Positions 53,053 through 64,000 of a stretch of DNA of 64,000 nucleotides are shown piece after piece; the first letter of the stretch is position 1; every line of letters starts with the position of its first letter. The DNA lies in assembly GCF_035594765.1 (NCBI RefSeq), contig NC_085842.1:270367749-270431748 (forward strand), read 5' to 3'. The DNA comes from Anolis carolinensis. Lineage: Eukaryota. The position numbers and the translations under genes were made by a program. The notes under the pieces are model-generated. The model did not search any database. It worked only from the letters and a program-made list of their open reading frames with translations, and was not told where the DNA came from.

Positions 53053-56000
53053 CTTTTTGAACTGTGAAATTGTCATGGATGTGTTTGGGATTGTTGAACC
53101 TATCATTTTTTTTAAAAAAAACTACTAACTTTTAGAAGCTCTAATACATAAACATACAAATGAATAATTGAAACTTTGCAGACATATATATATAAGATTC
53201 CACTGGAAATAACTGGGCACGATTTACATGAAAATGTCAAATGCTGATAATTCCCATACAGAACATCTAATGCTGATTATCTCAATTCAAATAACAGGTT
53301 GAAGGTACCTAATCCTTTCAGAACATGAATTGGAGAGTTGTCAGGATAAGTCACTATCTTGGGTTGAAAAAAGAAGTGAATTTATTTTAAAATACTAGGC
53401 TTTCAATCTGGAATTCCTGTAGTGATTTAAAGGCTTCATTGGGATAGGGACATTGCATGTTTCCTCTGTGAATGTTTCCCCGCGTACATTAACATGACTC
53501 ACCCTATTTTAGCTCAGAGCTAAAACAAATAACATACTTCATTTCTGCAATTTAGAACTGTACTGCTACCAGTCTTCTGAGATTGTAATTGATGGATTTT
53601 AAGCATGTTTGGCTTATATCAAGATCACAGAATAAACATAACCTCACTCTTCATGCTAAGACCTGCTATCTTGACAGACTGGTAACACTTGTGAAAGATG
53701 TGGATTTGATATAGCAGCGAGTAGCTTTTATTACCTTGTTTACTGAAGACTGAAAGTAAAACTTCAGCAGACAAAATAGGCGTGTTCCAAACGTGTCATT
53801 CAGCTACATTGTCAACCTGCAAGTGTTTAAATGTGACATTGTAATTTCAAAAAGCATGATTCTATGGAGTAATCACAAAGGCTGAACAGTTATGTAGAAG
53901 CATGAAATTGCTGGAAATCTTGGGTATAATAGATACATGTTGGGATAATGATTATGAGCACTGTTTGCTCCTGTTGCCTCGTCACTATCTTTTAAATGTG
54001 TAAAATGCAGATTACTTTTTAGTTTGTAAGACTTGTTGGAGATAAGCATTCTATATCTGTAACAGTGAGTTCTCTTAGCCTGTATTTAGAAGATTCATTT
54101 TAAATTGGTAAAAGGAAGTGTTGAAATCCTTTTTTTTAAAAAAAAAACCTATTTAGTTCAAATCTATAGACCATTTCTAAATATTTATATGCAAACACTT
54201 TTTCTTCCGAACTAGTTTTCTTGTATGTTGCAGACTTTTAATGAAAGGTTTGTCTTCTGGGCAAATAACTTGTCAGTCATCATGTGAGCTGTGATTAGGA
54301 CGCAGGGATAGTCTCCTTGTTCAGACGGGCTTTCAGGTGTTTAAGGGTTCCCATGGATGTTGTATTTCAAGTGCGCTGCTGTCCTCAATGTAGTTCTCAT
54401 GAGGAACAAAAAGACTTCTCTTAAGTACTAGCACTCAACTCCTTTTGTTTTTTCTTCAGCAAATTCTACACTTCCTCTGTTTTGTTGAACTGTGTTGATT
54501 GAATACTAGTTAGTCCTCTTTTCTGCTTCCTTTCTAGTAAGCAACATGCCTTAGAAGAGAAGCATTTGCTTTTAAAGCTGGCATAAAAGGAGGCGTCTTT
54601 CTATATTTTTAGTGAATAGTGGCTAGTACAGTGGTATTGCTTCTGTGTGGGCTTAATAGCCAGACCTGGCACAGAGTTTAGACAGTAACTGCCGTTTTTC
54701 ATTGCCCACATTTGAGTTTGTCTCATCTTAACAAACTGAAGAGCAAAGCATTTTTTGTATAGTAATTCAAGGGACTACTTTTCAGTGGCAATAGAAGCCT
54801 CTAGTTCCTATTGCCTTAATTGGTAGTTGTGTGTCGTTATGAAACAATGAGTTTCCCAAGAGATAATATATAAAGGCAATCAGTTCCTAAAATGTGACAG
54901 TGTTAACTGAATTATCCCACTATCACTGAATTAAGTGCTATATAATTGCTGATTATAAATACACCATTATTTAATTTAAAAATAGAGCATGCCAGTTTCA
55001 CATGAAATTCAATTCAAGTGAGGCAGCGTTGTTATTTGGACTAATTTGTGCTTTAGATTTGCTAGGAAACAAGTTTTCAGATTACACATTTTATTTCTAC
55101 ATATTGCTATATATACAGAGGACAAAAAATAGATTCTTCCATAGATTACTCTGTTTGCCTCTTGGTTGCTGCAGAGTTTTCTGTTTTCTCATTTTTTTTT
55201 GGTCAGGCACAAAATATTTTATTACCCATTGGCCATGTACGGCATGTTGTAATTTATACCATGTTGACAGGCTGATTCATTGTGGCATATGGGGTTTTCT
55301 GATAAGAGGTAATTTATTGCTTGATCTTGAAGAAACACCTTTTTTTTCAAAAACATCTTTGTATAGGTGTTCAAATAAGTGCTTGTTTAAAAACCTGTGT
55401 TCAGTTCCTGCATGGGGGAATCAAGTTCAAGTGAACGTAGATACTTCTTACTTGGCTCCAAGCAGTAAAGTTTTGAGTTACGCTTGTATTTCACCAAATG
55501 TGCCTCCCTTGTTTCCCTTCTTTACATCAATTAATAGTTATCTGGAAATTCTGGAACAAGCATCAGCATGTTGCAATCTTTTCACTGGTTGTGCAAATTC
55601 TTTTAACCAAACCCTTTGAAGGTCAGTAAGAATAAGGTGCTGTGGCTGAAAGATCTGATGCTGGAAATGAACACTTAGTTCTTTGTCATGCCCTCCCTTG
55701 GTTCAGCATAATGATACTGTGAAATAAGTGTTGCCAGGAAATCCCAGCCAAATTGGCAGATGTGTTGGAACGCCTGTATGACATAGCATTGCATTCCTTG
55801 GCCTCTCCCTTTCTGTGTACTCCCTTTGCTTTTGCCAACACTGTATGCTCTTTTCCTCTTCACAAAGTGATAGGTCTCCCTGTGAATTCTTGTTCTGCTC
55901 AATTTCAACATGCAGATTGATAACTACTAGTTTCTGGCTCAATTTGTTTTTGGCAGAGATCCATTGTATCATTTTTGTTGGATTCTTAAATTTTGTTCCG

Positions 56001-56106
56001 TAATTAAATGGAATGTTATTAAAATGCTTTTGCATTTGGAGTTGGTGCTGTGTTCATTCATTGATGTTTTTAATGCTTTGCTGGAACAAACCAATGCTAT
56101 GCATTC

Positions 56107-56626
56107 TGTGGTGTGACTTGGTGTGACTTGGACTATGACTCTGGACATCAGGGTTTGAATCCTCGCTTGGCCATAGTCCCTATTGGGTGACCTTGGACAT
56201 ATTTCATTTGTTCAACATCAATGAAAGGCAGTAGTACAGTAGAGTCTCACTTATCCAACATAAATGGGCTGGCAGAATGTTGGATAAGTGAATATGTTGG
56301 ATAATAAGGAGAGATTAAGAAAAAGCCTATTAAACATCAAAATAGGTTATGATTTTACAAATTAAGCACCAAAACATCATGTTATACAACAAATTTGACA
56401 GAAAAAGTAGTTTATTACGCATTAATGCTATATAGTAATTACTGTATTTACGAATTTAGCACCAAAATATCATGATATATTGAAAACATTGACTACAAAA
56501 ATGCGTTGGATAATCCAGAACCTTGGATAAGTGAGACTCTACTGTAATCCCATTCTGAACCAATCTTGCTAGAAAAACCCAATTATAGGTTCATAACTCA
56601 TATAGATGACTTGGAAGTACACAACT
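56107..56626 (+). mobile_element. tRNA/CORE-type SINE with RTE-like tail, interrupted by a MITE
   Basis: B box GGGTTTGAATCC, CORE-like TGGGTGACCTTGG, then the MITE, then TCTGAACCAATCTTGCTAGAAAAACCC...GACTTGGAAGTACACAAC. Confidence 0.72.
56237..56544 (+). mobile_element. Tc1/mariner-superfamily MITE, 308 bp, copy 3
   Basis: TIR CAGTAGAGTCTCACTTATCCAA. TA TSD at 56235-56236 and 56545-56546. Near-identical to 974-1281. Confidence 0.96.
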
Positions 56627-56714
56627 AAAAGGTCTACTCTCTAAAAATATAAACAGTCTCCCTTTAAGTTACATTGTAGAGGAAGCCAATTGGTTATCTC
56701 CTTTTCAAGAGATT

Positions 56715-56929
56715 AGGACACTGAGTAATGGATTCAGACTACAGGAAAAGACATTCCACCTAAACATTAGAAAGAACTTCCTAATGGTAAAATCTGTTTG
56801 ACAGTGGAATATGACTCCACAGTAGCTGGATGACCATTTGTAGGGAGTGCTTTGATTGTGTATGGCAGGGGGTTTAGTGAATAGTTTTTGGATTTTTTTC
56901 CAACTATTCCTTAGATTCTGTGAAATTCT
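56715..56929 (+). mobile_element. CR1 LINE 3' fragment
   Basis: Translates RTLSNGFRLQEKTFHLNIRKNFLMVKSV*QWN (CR1 ORF2 C-terminus) and ends TTCCAAC...ATTCTGTGA. Confidence 0.8.
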
Positions 56930-57312
56930 TTTGCAGCAAACTTGGTAAACTCTGAATCTATTCACTGCCAGTTTTACAGGGTGACATTAATTCTAGTATT
57001 TGTGAAGATTATTTTTTTTTCCTCCATGGCCTTTGACTTTAATCTCTCATCATGAGGAAAATACAGTCGTGGTTGTCTTTCTCTGTATCCTTTCTAGTTT
57101 TACAATATTCTACCTGAAATGGACTGATCAGAACTTCACACAGCATTCTAAATTTACTTACACAAACGTTAGTCGTAGTAAAATAGTGAGGTTGATTAAT
57201 TCAGTGATTGTAATTTACAATAGGTAAATAGGTAGATTACAACAGGTTTATACATATTTAGAGTGAACTTTATTGAATACACTGCAATTTATTTTTAGAG
57301 GATCTACATGCT

Positions 57313-57695
57313 ATAGCTACTCATATTTAAGCCAACCTCATGTATAAGTCAAAGTCATTGGGGAAAAAATTTGATATGGCCTGTAGATAAGTCTAGGGTC
57401 ATTATGCATAGAAGGGAAAACATCAGTGCAGCTCCAGGAGGCCATCACTGCCTCATTGCCAAGGCTTTGAAAAATTCCAGAAACAGTGCCATGACAGAGA
57501 GAGTAAAGGGAGTTGGTGCTTCCTTTAGGTTATCCTGGATATACTAGTCTCTTGCTTTTTACCCCTCTAATTGAAGAAGGGAAAAGTTCAGTTTTTGAGA
57601 AAGGTTTAGGCTCTTATTGACTTATAAATAAGTCAACTCAATTTTTGGGATTGGTTTTTTTTTAATTAAAATTTCTAGACTTATACATGCGGTTA
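57313..57695. mobile_element. Old Tc2/pogo-like non-autonomous DNA element
   Basis: Repeated TAAGCCAACC / TATAAGTCAA motifs and an end GACTTATACATG. Similar to 41602-42284. Confidence 0.5.
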
Positions 57696-57869
57696 ATCAT
57701 GTCTTATATACTGAAAGTACATACCAAGTTTACTTTTTTTTTTTTTTTTTTTTACAAATGGAACTATGATTTCTGGCCTGCAAAGAACTTCTGAACCTCT
57801 GTCTTCTTCCTGAGATAGCCACTTCAGAAAATGACTGAAAGTTGCTTTCACTGCCTGCTACCATTTTTT

Positions 57870-57988
57870 TTACTTAATGTATGCTATGTTCTATGCTATA
57901 TTTATATTTATTCTGCCATTGTGTAAGGCCGCTCTGGGTCCCCCTGGGGGAGAGGTATGATATCTAAATTAATTAATTAATGAATTAA
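57870..57988 (+). mobile_element. L2-type 3' tail remnant
   Basis: GTAAGGCCGCTCTGGGTCCCCTGGGGGAGAGG...TAAATTAATTAA, same architecture as the tails at 25665 and 52650. Confidence 0.6.
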
Positions 57989-59785
57989 AATATATATGAC
58001 TTAATTGTTTGGCTTCGCCTAGAAATCTTTCACTGATTTGCCAGTTTATGACAATGTTTTAAATCTGTGATAGAAAAACATGCCCTATGGATGATGAAAA
58101 TATCCAGATGTTTAAATGTACTGGAGAATAACTGGTTTCTTTCTGTAGGAACGTCTAGAAGACAGTATGCAGTTTTTTCCCTTCCAGAATGTGAATAACA
58201 CTTTCATTTTTAGTTCTTCTAATATGTCTTCATATTTTGAAATTGTTTTTTTAACCTTCCTTAAGATATAGGGCTGCTATATTTAACTCCAAGGCTTTGA
58301 ACACATGGCTTGATTTAATGCTGATGAAAAGTTGGTGCTTGTAAGCGCATTTGTGAATAAAATATATTAGAAAATGTTTAAAAGATATTTCCTCAAGCAT
58401 ATCGGTCCGTATATTCAGGTTCTAATCTGTGATACCTCAGCTTGTCTGGTCCTGTGTTTCGCCTGGGCAGAGGCTGCTGACTGTAATTAATCCGTTTGCG
58501 TTGAAATAAAAGCAGATATGCCAAATGCATGTATAGTTTGTCATATTCTATTGCTTTCTAACTCTTGTGAGTCCTTAATTTTTATTTTTATCAAACACAG
58601 GTGTAGATTTTATACTGTTCATGCTTATTTTAATGAACTATCATCCTCCCCCCCCCTCTCCAAGTTTGGTTTGTTTATACACCAGTATCTAATTACTAAC
58701 CTTCCAAATCTGAATAATTAAGAAATTTTCCATTTATCAACTCTGATTCAGTTCAAAATATAGGCTGTGATACTAGATTCGCAGACATAATTACAATGAC
58801 AGTTCTATCATTGTTGCTACTTCTGCCAATGCCCATGTCTTCCATTTTCTGAAATTTGGAGTTATGGCACTTTTCCAGCCCTCTTCCATTTCCTGTGTAA
58901 CACTGGACTAGGGGGTGTAAACACTATTTCCTTTTCATAATCCTTAATGTTTGTTTGATTGGAGCTGGAATGTGACTCCCCTTTTCCCAAATGAAATTAG
59001 GAATATGGAGATATTCTCTGACTATTAAAGTTTGCTGCCATCTCATGCTTGCTATCTCATCTTAGTCACTTTATTTGTGAAAGGCCTTCTTCACATTTGT
59101 TCAGCTAATGGGATGATTTGCAGAGAGGACTAGGCACATCAAACCAAAAGGTATTTGCATCCTCCCTTTTCTTTTTCAAGCAGGGTGGTTTTCATCATCT
59201 GGATTGTTTCATATCACCTGTCTCCCAGTTTTCTTCTTAGAAGATCTCTTGCAGCAAAAGGAATCAAGTGGGACAGATAAGAAAGGAGACTGGGGTCAAG
59301 AGGTGTTTATTACAGCTGCTTGTTCTCTTCATCATGTTCCATGTCTCTCTGCCAGTCTGCCACTGACTTTCATGCTACCACCTGCACATTTAGGCTATAG
59401 GGCAGAGAGAGACAGGGTCTGGTCTTAGGAAATACAGTCGTGGCAGTTAATAGGCTATGATTTGGTGGACTAGATTCTGTGCTCCACTTTTATGGCCACT
59501 CCTGAGTTGGATTATATAGCACTTTTGCCGTTGTGATCAAATAGTGCTTAACAATTTTTATTAAGAAGGGTATTTCAACAATCATGACAAAGAACTTATG
59601 TAAGTCTATAGTTAATTATTTGAGAACAGATCTCAACACATGATAACATGCTAAATAAGACTGAAAATTATTCTCTTCTCTTCCCCCAGTCCCAGTTTTA
59701 CAAATGAAGCAACCAAACAAATTCAGCCTAAGACATGCAACATTAAATTCACCCGATGATTATCTACTGTAATGTTCCTTGGAAT

Positions 59786-59786
<1 letters not shown>

Positions 59787-59868
<82 letters not shown>
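59787..59868. repeat. Compound (TAA)n(CAA)n microsatellite
   Basis: AAT run switching to an AAC run. Confidence 0.97.
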
Positions 59869-59956
59869 AACAAGATAGATATACGAAATAAGATAGATAC
59901 ACGAAATCCAGCATATCTATCTTGTTTGCTGTGTCATAATAAAATAATAATAATAA
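59869..59956 (+). mobile_element. Dong/R4 extreme 3' end fragment with rearranged 5' junction
   Basis: ACGAAATCCAGCATATCTATCTTGTTTGCTGTGTCATA (59901-59938) is the exact reverse complement of 37294-37331, followed by (TAA)n. Confidence 0.9.
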
Positions 59957-60451
59957 TTCATTTCTAACTCACGCCTTTCTCCCTGAAGATATCCAGGTCG
60001 GCTCAGGGAATAAAAATTGGTATCATGCAGTGAAAGGAATAGCACAGTATAACACCTCATACAGATCCTGAATATGCTTCATAGATAGTAGCAAAACTAG
60101 TGAGCACAGCCAGAACAAGATGGTGAGGAATTGGTTTAAGCTAATAAGTGTTTCAGATTTTCAAAGTAGCAGCTTAAGTACAATGGTTTGGTTTTTAGAT
60201 TATGAAGGCAAGGCTAGAAAATCCCTTGCATATACTTATGGAATTGGAGCAAAGTTGCCTGGTTGCTGCAATCACCAATTGTACTTTATCCTAGACCATA
60301 AGTCTAATTCAAGTAGGGTTTGAAATTATTCAGGTATCCCCTTCTTTCCCTTTGATCACTTCTCTTTTTGTCACCATATCCTGGTGATCATGATAACCTG
60401 GGCTTTGTCTGGGTTCTTTTTATCAGTACCCAAAACAGGTATGTGTAGTGC

Positions 60452-60580
60452 TAGTAGTAGTAGTAGTAGTAGTAATAAATTTATTTTGTTACCCTCCTCT
60501 CCTTATGGCTCGAGGTGAGGCACAACACAGTTAAAACACATCACCATAAAATATATAAGATGCATAAATTAAAACATATT
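60452..60580 (-). mobile_element. L2-type 3' tail remnant with (TAG)n
   Basis: (TAG)n then TAATAAATTTATTTTGTTACCCTCCTCTCCTTATGGCTCGAGGTGAGGCACAAC, the reverse of an L2-style terminal stem-loop. Confidence 0.6.
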
Positions 60581-61365
60581 AATATTATATATATATATTT
60601 TTGGGGCAATCATTAAATTACAATAGAGTAGAATGTAAATTTAAAATGTTTGGTTTCTCCCAGAGGACCTAAGTGTACAAGGCAGATTATTATATGGGAG
60701 AAAGCAGGAGAGCCATATTTTTAAAACTAGGCAATTATAAACGAAGTTTATATGGTTGCAGTGAGCATTTTCACTGAGAGATTCCTAGATGTCATTTTGA
60801 TTTTCTTTATATTGAATAAGTTGTTTTTCAGCTGCTGCATTGTTTGCACACATGTTGTTGTTGATTTCTGGCAGAAGACATGCTACTTTTTCTCTCAGCA
60901 GTGGGTGGGACGAGCAACTCAGCAGGCAAACCTCTCACCAAGACTAGAATTCATCATTCCCTTCTTCATTCAAAAGACTCCAGGAACGTGTATCTTATCT
61001 CTGACATGAAGAATCCCTTTATTTAGAACAGTGTGAACTCATCAAACCAATGGGCAAACATGAAAAAAATATGTTAGATATTTCTTCTCTTTGCTGTTGC
61101 CAAAATCTTTTATGACCTCTTGCTTTCTTTCTTTTCCTGCTGTCTTTATGCTCTCAGGTAAAACACAAAACAGAAAAGTAGAAATTTGGTAAGACGCATG
61201 TGAAGAAGGAATTAGAGAAAATAGTCTATTATGATACTTCCCATTTATTTTCATATCAGTGTGGACCGAAAGTTACAAAGGGGTCTGTTGTATATGGCAC
61301 ATGATGCTATGGCATTGGGTGCCATTTATGAGATTTGATTTTTCACTCCTAATGTAAATGTGTTT

Positions 61366-61770
61366 TTGTTTATTCGTTCAGTCGCTTCCAAATTTTCGTG
61401 ACTTCATGGACCAGCCCACGCCAGAGCTTCCTGTCCGCCATTGTTATCCCCCAGCTCCTTCAAGGACAAGCCAGTCACTTCAAGGATACCATCCATCTTG
61501 CCCTTGGTCGGCCCCTTTTTCCTCCTTTTTCTTCCTTTTTCCTTTCATATTCTCCAGCTTTAATATCTTCTCCAAACTTTCTTGTCTTCTAATGGTATGG
61601 CTAAAGTACTTCATCTTTGCCTCTAATATCCTTCCCTTCAGTGAGCAGTCGGGCTTTATTTCTTGGAGTATAGACTGGCTTGATCTTCTTGCAGTCCAAG
61701 GCACTTTCAGAATTTCCGTCCAACACCATAGTTAAAAAGCGTCTATCTTTCTTTGCTCAGCCTTCCTTAT
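61366..61770 (-). mobile_element. RTE Bov-B-type LINE 3' fragment
   Basis: PWTARRSSQSILQEIKPDCSLKGRILEAKMKYFSH...RRQESLEK (Bov-B C-terminus). Tail GTCCATGAAGTCACGAA...GCGACTGAACGAATAAACA. TSD TAAATGTGTTT / TAAATGTATTT (61355-61365, 61771-61781). Confidence 0.92.
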
Positions 61771-62951
61771 TAAATGTATTTACTGTTTATACTGCATATG
61801 TTGCCATGGTATTGTAAATTAAAAGCAAAAAGTTAAGGAGTTATTCAATATTGAAACCCCTTTAAAATTCAGTGCAGTATATATACATATTCTCTGGATC
61901 TGTGGAGTGGTTTCCAAAAAAACTAATCAGATTGCTTTAAAAAGCATTGTGGACCAAACCATTAGTTTACACATTGTGAGATATTAATATTTTCTGTTTA
62001 GTTTTGTAGACAAGATAATCACTAATGTTAGAAGCATTTGCATTTCCTACCAACCATGTGTATAAATGTTTGCCAAGTCAGGCAACAATCCATGCATCTG
62101 ATAAAAAAGCAGCAGTTCAGAAAACCTTATGTCAAATAAATCATATTGTTAAAGGTGTAGTTAGATCTTGTTGTTTTGTTGGACTGACAGGGCTACCTTT
62201 CTTTTCTTTTAAAAATACATTTATTACTCAAGGTGTTGTGGGGAAACTCAGATGTTTTTCCCAGCCAGTTTCGCAATATCAGCAGTATATGTTTTTGTGT
62301 TTGGGAAAGATTTATTCCTTTTTCTTTCTCTTTCCTCCTTTGGCCTGTCTAGCTGTTAATTAGGACTAAGACCATAACTGATATTGCCAGAGTGCATATC
62401 TCTACTAGCCTACTTACACAAGAGATCTGGAAAGTGACAACTGTTAGGTGGGAAACAATAAGGGAACTCTCCCGGTTCACTTTCTAGCCAATCAGATATT
62501 TGGGTCATGATTGGTGGAAGCTACACCCTAATAACCCTCCTTGTAACCTCAAATTATACTTAATGTCATTCATCAAGAGGTTCCAGTCAAAGTGTGCCTT
62601 GTGAAATGTGATTCCTTTAGCATTGCTGGCATGTTAGATAGTGCTCTTGTTTTCATTACTGATGGGTGACAGCTCACCTGTTTCCTTTCTTTTAGTGTTG
62701 AGTGTTTCTGCTCAAGAATGGAAATCACCAAGATCTCCCCAAGTTTTCCCACGTTCTGCATCAACCCCGTGACATTTTGCATGGTCAAAAAAGTAGTTTG
62801 CCTGATTCTACCTTTCAGCATTCAACTACTCCATAGCTGACAGGTTTGGGGGTAGTGATAAGACATTGATCAAGCCAAGCTTATATGGATAATGGTAGAA
62901 AGGAGGCTGAAGGATATGATTGTGTGATCATAACTGTGATGACTGTGGTGG

Positions 62952-62956
62952 TGATA

Positions 62957-63000
<44 letters not shown>

Positions 63001-63003
63001 AAT
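62952..63003. repeat. (GAT)n microsatellite
   Basis: GAT run with GGT/AAT variants at the edges. Confidence 0.97.
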
Positions 63004-64000
63004 CTGGTACTGTAGCCAAAATATCTTTATTTAAAAAATAGAAGAAATTACTTGCATTAATGCATTAACATTACACATATAGGGATCTCAAGCCTGTTCT
63101 TCCTGCCTCTTCCTATTATGCTTGAACTGTGTAAACAATCAGGGAAAAAGTCAATAACATGAAAATACAGGAATGTAATTTATGTTGCTGAATTTTTCTT
63201 CCATTTGACTTTCTCTATGGCTTGCATTTTAGAAGCAGGAAAATGGTTTTTAAAATGGTTGGAAAGCTTGTAGCATGAAAATGCTCATACCGAGCAAACA
63301 ATAAATACCACTCCTTTTTTTCTTTTTTTAAAAAAAATCATGAATGCAGACTTGCAGCTTGAAAAGAATTATTGTCAGAATCTTTAAATGAACCTATACA
63401 CCCAAAGAGGATTTTACTTAAAGGAAAAGCTTATTCATTTAAAAAATACAATCTGTACCTAAGATGTGCCTGTACCAGTACAGGGAACAACCTTGGTATT
63501 TCAGCTTTCCCTTTCACGTTTTCTGAAGGTACTCTTTCCCTTTGTTTCACTGCTTTCCTTCAGATATCTTGTGAAGCCATCTGTCGGAGTCCATAGAATT
63601 TCGTAACTGGCTTGAATAGGACTGGAGCAAAACATCCCATAACTAAAAGGAAGCTGATGAATGCTTTAGTGTGAAAGGCCAAGTAACATAGCTTAGTCCT
63701 TGAATTAAGTGGATAGAGTAACTCTAGTTAAATCATGGGTTTAGAAATGTGGCAGGATTCAAAGCTTTTCAATAGAGAAGACATTATTGATAGCAAAAAA
63801 CCCGCCAAAATCTTTGGTTCCATGCTTATGCTGCTGCACTTTGAATACATATAGTATGAAAAGAATCAATCCATAGTATTGGTTGTTTCCAGGTCTGATT
63901 GGTTTTATCTATTTCTGTACTCACAGCCTTATCTTTATACATGATTGCACTACTAATACAGTAGCTGAGATGAAAATGAAAATTCAAATCCTGCCACACA

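Noticed and set aside
54234-54247. Possible micro-exon near TTGCAG|ACTTTTAATGAAAG|GTTTGT (coordinates approximate)
   Set aside because: Weak donor, frame-shifting length and no supporting homology.
55002-55619. 205-aa ORF
   Set aside because: Rich in Phe, Leu and Cys as expected from T-rich non-coding DNA, with no recognisable domain or exon structure.
58149-58164. Possible 16-nt micro-exon (TTTCTGTAG|GAACGTCTAGAAGACA|GTATGC)
   Set aside because: Short pyrimidine tract, moderate donor and not a multiple of 3. Such matches are expected by chance and would need RNA-seq junction reads.

Overview
AT-rich, CpG-depleted vertebrate DNA from a squamate reptile, most likely an anole lizard. This is inferred from the combination of Sauria SINEs, Bov-B/RTE, Vingi, Dong/R4, L2, CR1 and lizard-type hAT and Tc1/mariner MITEs. 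I found no host protein-coding exon that I can support: every ORF with recognisable protein similarity comes from a transposable element, and the rest look like noise. The window looks like part of a very long intron or a gene desert, with several CpG-retaining, TE-free blocks that may be conserved enhancers. The best-supported content is: (1) a full-length but dead IR/DR Tc1 element (DD34E) whose outer transposase-binding repeat is split by a MITE; (2) three copies of that MITE, each nested in another TE and differing in a concerted way at their repeated motif; (3) a composite hAT carrying captured SINE and L2 tails; (4) four Sauria SINEs, three 5S-rRNA-headed SINEs and two CORE-type SINEs with Bov-B-like tails; (5) microsatellite-targeted Dong/R4 insertions; (6) L2, CR1, Vingi and Bov-B fragments; (7) a perfect 18-bp hairpin and a CTCF-like site. 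I do not see a convincing new biological system. The most interesting signals concern TE mechanism and evolution. Family names come from recognised motifs, not from database searches.
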